Positions 1 to 9,200 of a DNA stretch of 64,000 nt are shown piece after piece (within the stretch, counting starts at the first letter, position 1; each line of letters opens with the position of its first letter). Source of the DNA: a virus; IMG/VR virus record IMGVR_UViG_3300034101_003554, positions 77,042 to 141,041 of that record; one strand, given 5' to 3'. The position numbers and the translations under genes are program-made. The notes beneath the pieces were generated by a model that searched no databases, was not told where the DNA came from, and was given only the letters and a program-made list of their open reading frames with translations.

Positions 1-1
1 G

Positions 2-1042
2 CAAGCACAAAAAAAAGACCCATTATTTAATGAACGAATAAAAGGAAGAAATTTTCAAAATGCTATAACACAAGGTAATAGTTGGAATCGTGGTTTTGAT
101 TTTGAAAATGATAAAGAATTTTTAGATGATATTGAAGATATTATTAACTATGTTGATTCAACCCAAGGTGGTGAACGTAACCGTAGATATGACGATGACG
201 ATGAGGGATTAGTTGAAAAATATAAAAAATTTGGTAAATCTGCAACAGTTTTTTATAATGATAATTTAGCTCAATTGGAGAGTATGGCAAAAAACGCGTC
301 AGGTGTTGCTGCGTATTGTGAAATTGTTAATGACCCAACGAATCCTAAAGCTTATATATTAGTAGTTAGAGCCCCTAACTTTCCTTTATTAATGCACGAA
401 TTAGAAAAAGTTGGTGAGGATTTTCTAACTTATCTTTATATGTCAAAAGATAAAGTTGTAAAAGATGCTCTTGTAAAAACAACTGATGTTCATGACCATG
501 AAATAAGAAATATGCTTACAGGAAAACAAATAAGTTTAGGACTTAATTATCATATTAAACCTCACATTGATACGGCAATTAATCAATTTATAAAAGAAAA
601 AAGATTACCAACCAATGAAAAAGGAGAAGTAACTGAATCAACTATAAAAAAATATGAAAGATGGTTATATAATATCATAATCAAAAATTTCAACAAATTG
701 GCAAATGATGAAATATTAATGTATAATATGATTATGTATGATGGTATTATTGATGGAAAGAATAAAGTTAAATTTGAAGGTGAAATGGTAAATCCAATGG
801 AATATTTTGATGAATTTATTGAAATGATTATATATGGTGGAGATGGAAATAAAGGTGCTGTTGATGTTTTACCAATAATGCAAACAACAACGAGAACAAC
901 AACGAGAACAACAACGACAACAACAACTCAAAAATATGAACCTCCAACTTATGATTTTGATGACGAAGATGATGATGATGATGATGAACCTCCAACAGAT
1001 GATATTGATGACGAAGATGGAGAAAGATGGTGGGAAGATTAA
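2..1042 (+). CDS. Hypothetical protein, 5'-truncated by the window edge; Thr-run and acidic C-terminal tail
   Basis: The frame of ORF 275..1042 is open back to position 2 (QAQKKDPLFNER...), so the real start is upstream. Ends TTTRTTTRTTTTTTT plus a D/E-rich tail. Confidence 0.75.
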   Translation, partial: QAQKKDPLFNERIKGRNFQNAITQGNSWNRGFDFENDKEFLDDIEDIINYVDSTQGGERNRRYDDDDEGLVEKYKKFGKSATVFYNDNLAQLESMAKNASGVAAYCEIVNDPTNPKAYILVVRAPNFPLLMHELEKVGEDFLTYLYMSKDKVVKDALVKTTDVHDHEIRNMLTGKQISLGLNYHIKPHIDTAINQFIKEKRLPTNEKGEVTESTIKKYERWLYNIIIKNFNKLANDEILMYNMIMYDGIIDGKNKVKFEGEMVNPMEYFDEFIEMIIYGGDGNKGAVDVLPIMQTTTRTTTRTTTTTTTQKYEPPTYDFDDEDDDDDDEPPTDDIDDEDGERWWED

Positions 1043-1045
1043 AAT

Positions 1046-1079
1046 AAAAACCCTCATTTAGAAATAAGTGGGGGTTTTT
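1046..1079 (+). terminator. Intrinsic terminator-like hairpin
   Basis: AAAAACCCTCATTT-loop-AAGTGGGGGTTTTT right after the stop at 1042. Confidence 0.6.
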
Positions 1080-1080
1080 A

Positions 1081-1087
1081 TATTTAT
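1081..1087 (+). promoter_or_regulatory. TATTTAT motif (putative phage late promoter); first of about 16 sense-oriented copies
   Basis: 13 nt upstream of the terminase ATG; recurs upstream of many structural genes (see findings). Confidence 0.55.
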
Positions 1088-1100
1088 ATAAAAAGATTAT

Positions 1101-2864
1101 ATGAGTTTAACAAAAGAACAAGTAATGATTGAATATCTTAAGTGTATGAAAGATACCCCATACGCGTTAAGAACATATCTGGAAACCTATGATAATACTG
1201 TATCAAAATATGTTCCATTAGAGTTATTTCCAGACCAAATATCATTATTAAAAGATTATGAAGATTTTAATGAAAACATCGCATTAAAGTATAGACAAGC
1301 TGGTGTATCAACAGTAACTGCAGCTTGGGTGTCGTTAAAAATTGCTTTTGCCAAAAAGACAAAACCTGAAAAGATTCTAATCATTGCCAACAAATTGGAT
1401 ACATCTATGGAGATGGCAAATAAAATAAGAATGTTTATTGGTCAATGGCCTAGTTGGGTTGGAATTGATTTTTCAACTGATAAAAATTCACAAAAACATT
1501 ACAAGACAAACAATGGATGTGAAGTAAAAGCTGTGGCGACATCAAAGGATGCTCTACGTGGTTTTACACCAACAATCCTAGTATTTGACGAAGCCGCATT
1601 TATTGACGCGGATTCAGACTTTTGGGCGGCTTGTATGGCCTCACTATCAACTGGGGGTAAAGTTATTGTAGTGTCAACTCCAAATGGATATGACCCAATT
1701 TATTATGAGATTTATAACCAAGCAAATAGAGGAATGAATGATTTCAAAATTTCTGAAATGTATTGGTTTAGAGACCCAAGATATACAAAAGATTTATATC
1801 TAGTCAAAACACAAGATGTTGTTCATTATCTTCGTAATAAAACGGAATATAGTGATAGTGATGTTATAAGTTGGGAACATATTCCATTTGAAAAAAGAAA
1901 TTACGAGGAACTTAAATTAATGATGAATTCAGGGTACAAACCTTGTTCATCTTGGTTTGAGGGAATGGTAAAGAAACTTAAGTATGATAAAAGAAAAGTT
2001 TCCCAAGAATTAGAATGTAATTTTCTTGGGTCAGGTGATAATGTATTTGATTCTCTTTTAATGCAGAGAGTTAAAGAAAATATGATTAAAGAACCCCAAA
2101 ATAAAATGATGGGTAATTCTTTATGGATATGGAAAGAACCTGTAATGGGACACAAGTATGTTATGGGTGTGGATGTCAGTAGAGGGGATAGTGAAGACTT
2201 TAGTTCTTTCCAAATTATTGATTTTGATACAAGAGAACAAGTTGCAGAATATGTTGGGAAATTACCTCCAGATACAATGGCTGAAATATGTTATAAGTGG
2301 GGTAATATGTATAATTGTTTTATTGTAATAGATATAACTGGTGGTATGGGGGTTTCAACATCAAGAAAATTACAAGAGTTGGGTTATAAAAATTTATATG
2401 TGGATGGGGTTGATTTGGCGAACAAATGGAAGTATGACCCCAAGGCATTGGATAAAATTCCTGGACTTAATTTTAATAATAAACGTGTTCAGATAATTGC
2501 ATCATTTGAGGAAGCAATGAGACATGAATTTAAGATATATAGTTCAAGGTTATTTGATGAGATGAACACCTTTATTTATGTAAATGGAAGACCAGACCAC
2601 CAAAAGGGACAACACGATGACTTAATAATGTCAATTGCAATGGCGACTTATGTTGCCGAATCATCTTTCAGCAGTTTGGAAAAAGTTACAGAACAAACAA
2701 AAGCAATGTTGGAATCTTGGTCTGTAAGTAATAATGAAAATATGGGGAAACAATTGGAGTTTAATCCAGTAATACCATATGGGCATGAAAGAATTAACCA
2801 AAGAAATCAAAATCTAAGTAGAGAAGATTATCAAAAATATGGTTGGTTATTTGGTGGAAGATAA
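1101..2864 (+). CDS. terL: Terminase large subunit (T4 gp17-like)
   Basis: ATPase motifs LKYRQAGVST and LVFDEAAF, coupling motif VSTPNG, nuclease motifs MGVDVSRG and HDDLIMS; upstream of portal. Confidence 0.93.
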   Translation: MSLTKEQVMIEYLKCMKDTPYALRTYLETYDNTVSKYVPLELFPDQISLLKDYEDFNENIALKYRQAGVSTVTAAWVSLKIAFAKKTKPEKILIIANKLDTSMEMANKIRMFIGQWPSWVGIDFSTDKNSQKHYKTNNGCEVKAVATSKDALRGFTPTILVFDEAAFIDADSDFWAACMASLSTGGKVIVVSTPNGYDPIYYEIYNQANRGMNDFKISEMYWFRDPRYTKDLYLVKTQDVVHYLRNKTEYSDSDVISWEHIPFEKRNYEELKLMMNSGYKPCSSWFEGMVKKLKYDKRKVSQELECNFLGSGDNVFDSLLMQRVKENMIKEPQNKMMGNSLWIWKEPVMGHKYVMGVDVSRGDSEDFSSFQIIDFDTREQVAEYVGKLPPDTMAEICYKWGNMYNCFIVIDITGGMGVSTSRKLQELGYKNLYVDGVDLANKWKYDPKALDKIPGLNFNNKRVQIIASFEEAMRHEFKIYSSRLFDEMNTFIYVNGRPDHQKGQHDDLIMSIAMATYVAESSFSSLEKVTEQTKAMLESWSVSNNENMGKQLEFNPVIPYGHERINQRNQNLSREDYQKYGWLFGGR

Positions 2865-2886
2865 TATTTATTAAATAAAATAACTT

Positions 2887-3033
2887 ATGGGATACATTAG
2901 AAGAAAAAAAAGTGGTAAAATAATTAATGGTTCAAATATGATTGTACCTAATCAAGGGATTAGTTTAGTTAATCCTGGGGGTGATAATAAAATAAATCAA
3001 CAAAAAAAAATAGATACCAACGCACCTAGTTAA
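2887..3033 (+). CDS. Small basic protein, 48 aa (not in ORF track)
   Basis: MGYIRRKKSGKIINGSNMIVPNQGISLVNPGGDNKINQQKKIDTNAPS*; fills the terL-portal gap; TATTTAT at 2865-2871. Confidence 0.6.
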   Translation: MGYIRRKKSGKIINGSNMIVPNQGISLVNPGGDNKINQQKKIDTNAPS

Positions 3034-3070
3034 TTATTTATTTAAACTAAAATGGTGTTAAAATGTTTTT

Positions 3071-4897
3071 ATGGAACAAAATGAAAAAAATTTAACAATA
3101 TGGCAAAGGTTAACTCAAACCTTTGGACCTAATTCTTTATTAAATCAAGATTATCCAACATATAAGTTTGATAAAAAAGAATTATTACGTACTACATCTA
3201 AACAAGAATATGATAAAGAGTTATTACAAGCTCAACAAACATATTACTTGGCAAATCAATGGACTAAAATAGAAAGTAATTTATATACTCAAGCGGTGTA
3301 TTATGAACCAACTAGATTAGCTTCATTTTACGATTACGAATCTATGGAATATACACCTGAAATATCTGCAGCTTTGGACATTTATGGTGAAGAATCAACT
3401 ACTGTTGACCATAATGGTAATATGTTACAAATATACTCAGAGTCAAAAAGGATTAAATCAATTTTAACTGATTTATTTAACAATGCTTTAGACATTAATA
3501 CAAACCTACCAATGTGGACAAGAAATACTTGTAAGTATGGTGATAATTTTGTTTATCTTAAACTTGACTCGGAAAAAGGTATTGTTGGTTGTATGCAACT
3601 ACCAAACATTGAAATTGAGCGTTTGGAACGAGGTACGCCAGCTCAGGCTACAAGACAAAATACTGAAGAACCCGCAGAAAACAAAGGTTTACGATTTAAA
3701 TGGAAAGTGAAAGATATGGAATTTAATGCTTGGGAAATCGCTCATTTCCGTTTACTAGGTGATGATAGAAAACTTCCATATGGTACATCAATGTTGGAAA
3801 AAGCAAGACGTATTTGGAAACAATTATTATTATCTGAGGATGCTATGTTGATATATAGAACTTCACGCGCACCAGAAAGACGTGTATTCAAAGTATTTGT
3901 TGGTAATATGGATGATAAAGATGTTGAATCGTATGTACAACGTGTTGCCAATAAATTTAAACGTAGTCAAGTAGTTGATTCTCAGACAGGTAATGTAGAT
4001 ATGAGATTTAATCAAATGGCGGTTGACCAAGATTATTTTATCCCAGTAAGGGATGCCGCAACAGCAAGTCCAATTGAAACTTTGGCGGGTGGTACAAACT
4101 TGGGTGAAATTGCCGATATTGAATACATCCAAAAGAAATTATTGACAGCACTTCGTGTACCTAAAGCTTTCTTAGGTTTTGAAGAACCCGTTGGTGATGG
4201 TAAAAATCTTTCTTTGATTGATATAAGATTCGCTAGAACAATCAATAGAATACAAAAATGTATGATAGCTGAATTAAATAAGATTGCAATTATACATTTA
4301 TTCCTTTTAGGTTTTGAAGATGAGTTAAATAATTTCACATTGGGATTAACAAATCCATCAAGTCAGGCTGATTTATTAAAACTTGATGTTTGGAAAGAAA
4401 AATTTGTGACATATAAAGAGGCGACAACTGCCGATCAAACTGGTTTTATGCCAGTATCAATCACTTGGGCTAAAAAACATATTTTAGGATTCTCCGATGA
4501 AGAATTAAAACTTGATTTACAACAACAAAGAATTGAAAGGGCTGTTGGGGCTGAATTAACTAATACCGCAACAATTATTACTAAAACAGGAATATTTGAT
4601 AATATTGATAAATTGTATGGTTCAACAACAGGTACTACTGAAGGAGCAGCACAACCACCATCTAGTGATATGGGAGGTTCTGGTGATATGGGTTCATCAA
4701 TACCTCCTCCTCCACTAGGAGGAGCTGAAGAACCAGCAGGGGGTGGACTTACACCTGAATCAAATCAAAAGGACAATTTAAATATACTATTAGAAAGCGA
4801 TAATTTATTGGATGATGACTCATATATTGATTTATCCAAAGCAAGAAATTATTTAGGTGAAATTGAATCGCAATTAAATAAACTATTAAACTCTTGA
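3071..4897 (+). CDS. Portal protein (T4 gp20-like)
   Basis: YESMEYTPEISAALDIY, SMLEKARRIWKQLLLSEDAMLIYRTSRAPERRVF, DYFIPVR, DIEYIQKKLLTALRVPK motifs. Confidence 0.93.
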   Translation: MEQNEKNLTIWQRLTQTFGPNSLLNQDYPTYKFDKKELLRTTSKQEYDKELLQAQQTYYLANQWTKIESNLYTQAVYYEPTRLASFYDYESMEYTPEISAALDIYGEESTTVDHNGNMLQIYSESKRIKSILTDLFNNALDINTNLPMWTRNTCKYGDNFVYLKLDSEKGIVGCMQLPNIEIERLERGTPAQATRQNTEEPAENKGLRFKWKVKDMEFNAWEIAHFRLLGDDRKLPYGTSMLEKARRIWKQLLLSEDAMLIYRTSRAPERRVFKVFVGNMDDKDVESYVQRVANKFKRSQVVDSQTGNVDMRFNQMAVDQDYFIPVRDAATASPIETLAGGTNLGEIADIEYIQKKLLTALRVPKAFLGFEEPVGDGKNLSLIDIRFARTINRIQKCMIAELNKIAIIHLFLLGFEDELNNFTLGLTNPSSQADLLKLDVWKEKFVTYKEATTADQTGFMPVSITWAKKHILGFSDEELKLDLQQQRIERAVGAELTNTATIITKTGIFDNIDKLYGSTTGTTEGAAQPPSSDMGGSGDMGSSIPPPPLGGAEEPAGGGLTPESNQKDNLNILLESDNLLDDDSYIDLSKARNYLGEIESQLNKLLNS

Positions 4898-4959
4898 TAT
4901 TTATTTTAATAATTTGTTATTGTTTAACAATAAAATAAAAAAAGAAAAAATATAACAAA

Positions 4960-5673
4960 ATGAATTTTGGTTCAATTAAATCAAAAATAGAAAAATTACT
5001 TTCGGAGTCTTATTCAAAACAAGAATTAAAACTTGATATGAAAGTATTTAAAACTTTAGTTTTAGAAAATAAAAATATTAGTAAGTTATTTTATTTATAC
5101 GATGAGTTAAGTAGTAACAAGGGTATGAGTGAAACTATTGTGAATGATTACATTAATGAATGTATCATTATGTATGAAAATATAATAAATAAAATATCTA
5201 AAAAAGATTTAAACCAATTAAAATTGTGGGTTTCAGATATTAAATCTGATAATAAATATGAAAAAATTGATAATTTGTTTGAGACAAATATTTTCAAATT
5301 AGAACATAAAATTTTAAGTAGAAAATTAATTGCAGAATCTCTTAAAAAATCTAACAAAGAATCAAAAGAAGTTATTAATTTACCAATAAGTACGATGATA
5401 AATTTGGCAAACAAAACTATCAATAATTATATTGGTAATATGAATGAATCAGAGAAAGAAGAACTATCTAAGTTATTAAAGATAGATGAAAAAGATATAA
5501 AAGATTCATATCTAAACATTAAAGAAAATGTTTTAGATAAATTAAATAAATTGTTAATTGACTCCGATACAGAAACATCTGAAAAAATTAGTGAATCAAT
5601 TTCAAAAATTAAAGATGAGAAATTTGATAAACTAAATTATTACAGATTAAAATCACTTAATGATAGTATTTAA
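4960..5673 (+). CDS. Hypothetical head-module protein (possible prohead core component)
   Basis: 237 aa, helical, K/E-rich, between portal and protease; several L/I-x-E sites. Confidence 0.55.
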   Translation: MNFGSIKSKIEKLLSESYSKQELKLDMKVFKTLVLENKNISKLFYLYDELSSNKGMSETIVNDYINECIIMYENIINKISKKDLNQLKLWVSDIKSDNKYEKIDNLFETNIFKLEHKILSRKLIAESLKKSNKESKEVINLPISTMINLANKTINNYIGNMNESEKEELSKLLKIDEKDIKDSYLNIKENVLDKLNKLLIDSDTETSEKISESISKIKDEKFDKLNYYRLKSLNDSI

Positions 5674-5674
5674 T

Positions 5675-5860
5675 CTAATTTAAATTTATTTTTTCCACAT
5701 ACTTTGCTTTATTTACTAAATTTCTTCTAGTTACTGAAGGTTTTGTAAATTCTTTTCTATTTCTTAACTCAGACATCAATTTAGTTTTGATTACCTTACT
5801 CTTAAATAATTTAAGAGCTTTTTCTATTGGTGTCTTATTATCTACGTGTACAATTAACAT
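5675..5860 (-). CDS. rpsU: Ribosomal protein bS21 (phage-encoded)
   Basis: 61-aa basic protein: IEKALKLFKSK...ELRNRKEFTKPSVTRR...KAKY matches the bS21 pattern, Bacteroidota type; antisense inside the head cluster. Confidence 0.9.
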   Translation of the reverse strand: MLIVHVDNKTPIEKALKLFKSKVIKTKLMSELRNRKEFTKPSVTRRNLVNKAKYVEKINLN

Positions 5861-5955
5861 AAGTTTTAATTTTATTTTGATTTATTATTGTTTTTGACTT
5901 ATTTAATAAATTTAATTACATTTAATTAAAATAAACAGAAATTAATTTTTTTTTA

Positions 5956-6405
5956 ATGAAAAAGGGTAAAACCTCAAAAATTATAGGATTCAAAAACACT
6001 AAAGTCACTTATGGTACAGTTGATTCATTTGAATTAAAATCAATTTACTTAAATATCCAAACTTGGGTTGAACCCTATAAAGATTCAGATAATTGGAACA
6101 GAGTGGTTTTAAATCTATCTAGGTCAATAAAACATATTGTATTACGGTCAATAAACCAAAAATTTTTTAAAGAAAATTTTATAGTTGATTTAGACCTAAG
6201 ACCTAGTGGTATTAACTTAAATAAAAAATCATTTTTAAATCTTGAAATCAATTTATTTACAAATATTGAGAGTCTTGACTTTAAAGATAATTTTTTAAAA
6301 GAGTCATTGAAAGACTTAACAAAAAATATAATTAATTCAAATTTTAGTAAAAATGATTATTTTAATTTCTCAATAACCAAAAAGACTAAGTCTCCAAATG
6401 TATAA
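5956..6405 (+). CDS. Hypothetical protein
   Basis: 149-aa ORF with normal composition; no motif recognised. Confidence 0.7.
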   Translation: MKKGKTSKIIGFKNTKVTYGTVDSFELKSIYLNIQTWVEPYKDSDNWNRVVLNLSRSIKHIVLRSINQKFFKENFIVDLDLRPSGINLNKKSFLNLEINLFTNIESLDFKDNFLKESLKDLTKNIINSNFSKNDYFNFSITKKTKSPNV

Positions 6406-6441
6406 ATATCAAATTTATGATATTTATGTTAAAAAACATAT

Positions 6442-7161
6442 ATGGACTTAAAAATAATTAAACCTGGAGAAATTGGTAAGGGAATTTTAATTGAATATGA
6501 TGCAGGTTATGTATCACCAAGAACTGAACATAATTCATTTATATTAGAACAAAAATCTTATTTAGACCATTCCAAACCATTTGAATTCTACGCTGTATTA
6601 CAAAAATATAATACACCAAATCGTAATGGTAGAATTTATCCAGAAAAGATATTAAAGAGAGAAGCCGAGAATTATAAAAAGATAATTCAAAAAGGAACAT
6701 CTTTATCTGAATTAAATCACCCAGAATCATCTTTAATTGACCTTGATAGAGTATCTCATATCATAAATGAAGTTTGGTGGGAAGGTCCTATATTAATGGG
6801 TAAACTCAAATTATTAACATCACCAGGATTCCACGAAAGAGGTATAGTATCAACTAAAGGTGATATGGCGGCAAATTATTTAAGACAAGGTGTTACCCTT
6901 GGTATTTCTTCTCGTGGAGTTGGTTCGTTAAAAAAAGTTGGTGAGCAAAATGAAGTCCAAGATGATTTTGAATTAATTTGTTTTGATTTGGTTTCTTCAC
7001 CATCAACACCTGGTGCTTATCTTTTCTTAAATAAAGATGATAAACATATGTATGAAGAAAATCTTGAAGAAGAGAAAAAAATGTCAATAGAAAGAAATGT
7101 TGGTGATAGTGGTAATAAATCACTTGATTTAATGAAAAAATTGTCTAAACTTGGGTATTAG
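6442..7161 (+). CDS. Prohead maturation protease (T4 gp21-like)
   Basis: NRNGRIYP, SELNHPE (His), GISSRGVGS (Ser), FDLVSSPS. Confidence 0.92.
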   Translation: MDLKIIKPGEIGKGILIEYDAGYVSPRTEHNSFILEQKSYLDHSKPFEFYAVLQKYNTPNRNGRIYPEKILKREAENYKKIIQKGTSLSELNHPESSLIDLDRVSHIINEVWWEGPILMGKLKLLTSPGFHERGIVSTKGDMAANYLRQGVTLGISSRGVGSLKKVGEQNEVQDDFELICFDLVSSPSTPGAYLFLNKDDKHMYEENLEEEKKMSIERNVGDSGNKSLDLMKKLSKLGY

Positions 7162-7185
7162 TTAATTTAAAAAAATAATATCAAA

Positions 7186-7401
7186 ATGGAAGATGGACAA
7201 AAATATTTTGTAGCAAAAATCGCCGAAGATTTGGTTGATGATGAAACAGGTAAAGTTAAAAAAGTAAAATTGGAAAAATTAGTTATGGGTTACACCCCAA
7301 CAGATGTTGAAGCTAAAATAACCAAGGTTTACGAACATTACACTTTCAATTGGAGAATTACTGCAATAGTAGAAAGTAAAATTGATGAGGTAATTGACTA
7401 A
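7186..7401 (+). CDS. Hypothetical protein, 71 aa
   Basis: Co-oriented ORF with A-rich leader, followed by a terminator. Confidence 0.7.
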   Translation: MEDGQKYFVAKIAEDLVDDETGKVKKVKLEKLVMGYTPTDVEAKITKVYEHYTFNWRITAIVESKIDEVID

Positions 7402-7420
7402 AAGTTTTATTACAAATTTT

Positions 7421-7460
7421 AATAAGGATAATCCAAAATAAGGGTTATCCTTATTTTTTT
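7421..7460 (+). terminator. Intrinsic terminator
   Basis: AATAAGGATAATCC-loop-GGGTTATCCTTATT followed by a T-run. Confidence 0.8.
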
Positions 7461-7568
7461 TGTTATATCATAATATTTATTTTATATAAAAACATATTTT
7501 TTTGATTTATTTAATCTTAAAAAATATTTTTTTAAAAAATTAACATATTTATAGAATAAAAAATAAAA

Positions 7569-9164
7569 ATGACAGAAAAAAAATCATTAGTAGAAGAAGC
7601 GATAATCCAAATGAAAAATTTGGAGGAATTAGTCGCTGAAAATGCAAAAGGAATACTTGCGTCAACAATGACAAAAGAAATCAAACAACTAGTAAAAGAA
7701 TCTCTTAACGAACAAGATGAAGACGAAGAAGAAGTTGAAGATGAAGAAGAAATTGAAGACGAAGAAGACATAAACATGGGTGACGAAATGGATATGGAAG
7801 ACGAAATGGATATGGAAGACGAAATGGATATGGATGATGAAATGGATGGTATGAGTCAAGTGCAGATGGGGGACGATAAAACCTTAGACTTGACAAATAT
7901 GGATACAGATTCTGTTGTCAAGATTTTTTCAGCATTAGATAGTGAAACTGAAGTTGAAGTCATTCCTGACCAACAAAAAGGTAAAGTGCATTTTAAAGAT
8001 AAACGCACAAATAAAGAATATATTGTTATGTCAGAAAGCGAAATTGAAAGAGAAGTTACTAGTGCAATACATGATACTTTTTCTGAAAGTGATTACATTG
8101 ACGATGAAGAAGATTTTGACTTCATTCCTGAATACGAAGAAGATGAAGAAGAAGATTTTGACTTCATTCCTGAATACGAAGAAGATGAAGAAGAAGAATT
8201 TGATTTTCCTAAAGAGGAAGAAGGTTTTGAAAGTTCTTATGGAATCCAATACGAAGATGAAACTTTATACGAAATTGAAATGGAAGACGGAATGGACATG
8301 ATGGAAATGGACAATGAGATGGATATGATGGAAATGGATATGGAAGATGAAACTTTATACGAAATTGAAATGGAAGAAGACGATGAAGACTTTGAAAGTG
8401 ATGAGTATATGATGGAATCAAAAAAATCAACAAAAAAACCAAAAGGTATGGGTTTTGGTTCAGCATCTAAATTCAAATTTCCAAGTAAAACTACTGATTA
8501 CCCAACTAAAAAACAAAAACAAGGCACTAAAGGTGTAGGTATGGGTAAAGGTCCTAAAAAAGACATATATAAATCTGACTCTCCAAGTTTTGATGGTGAA
8601 TTCTCTAAGAAACCAACCAAATCAAAAGAAACAAAAGGAAGTATGATGATGAAGCCTAAAAAAGTAGAAACAAAAGAGGCCGCACGTACTTTAGGAAACG
8701 GAAAATATTGGGGTAGAGATGGTCTTCCAAAACCAAGAACAGCTCCTCGTCATCTAAGAAATGAATCTGTTGAGTCTCAAGAATTAAATTTACTTAGAGA
8801 AAAAAACGAAGAGTACAGAAAAGCATTAAACATTTTTAGAACTAAACTTGATGAAGTAGCAATCTTTAATTCAAACTTAGCGTACGCAACTAGATTATTT
8901 ACAGAACATTCTACATCAAAACAAGAAAAAATTAACATTCTACAAAGATTTGATGGTGTTGAAACTCTTAAAGAATCTAAAAATCTTTACAAAGTAATTA
9001 AAGACGAATTATCGAACACTAAGACTCAACAAGTTAATGAATCAATTGAAAGAACTATTACGAAGACACCTTCTACCGGTTCTGCAATTAATTTAATTGA
9101 ATCAAAAACATATGAAAATCCACAATTCTTAAGAATGAAGGATTTAATGTCAAAATTAAAATAA
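7569..9164 (+). CDS. Prohead scaffolding/core protein (gp22-like position), highly acidic with internal repeats
   Basis: Between protease and MCP; D/E/M-rich N-half, basic middle, coiled-coil C-terminus; many L/I/M-x-E sites. Confidence 0.75.
   Translation: MTEKKSLVEEAIIQMKNLEELVAENAKGILASTMTKEIKQLVKESLNEQDEDEEEVEDEEEIEDEEDINMGDEMDMEDEMDMEDEMDMDDEMDGMSQVQMGDDKTLDLTNMDTDSVVKIFSALDSETEVEVIPDQQKGKVHFKDKRTNKEYIVMSESEIEREVTSAIHDTFSESDYIDDEEDFDFIPEYEEDEEEDFDFIPEYEEDEEEEFDFPKEEEGFESSYGIQYEDETLYEIEMEDGMDMMEMDNEMDMMEMDMEDETLYEIEMEEDDEDFESDEYMMESKKSTKKPKGMGFGSASKFKFPSKTTDYPTKKQKQGTKGVGMGKGPKKDIYKSDSPSFDGEFSKKPTKSKETKGSMMMKPKKVETKEAARTLGNGKYWGRDGLPKPRTAPRHLRNESVESQELNLLREKNEEYRKALNIFRTKLDEVAIFNSNLAYATRLFTEHSTSKQEKINILQRFDGVETLKESKNLYKVIKDELSNTKTQQVNESIERTITKTPSTGSAINLIESKTYENPQFLRMKDLMSKLK
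8106..8189 (+). repeat. Two exact tandem 42-nt units (EEDFDFIPEYEEDE) inside the scaffold gene
   Basis: gaagaagattttgacttcattcctgaatacgaagaagatgaa at 8106 and 8148; also 18-nt DEMDME repeats near 7782-7830. Confidence 0.9.
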
Positions 9165-9200
9165 ACAATAAACAAAATTAAAACAAAAATCAAATACAAA

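Noticed and set aside
7532-8476. Several overlapping alternative-frame and antisense ORFs over the scaffold gene, and similar ones over PT tracts (44789, 52867, 62832, 62904)
   Set aside because: Shadow ORFs produced by low-complexity coding repeats that lack stops in other frames
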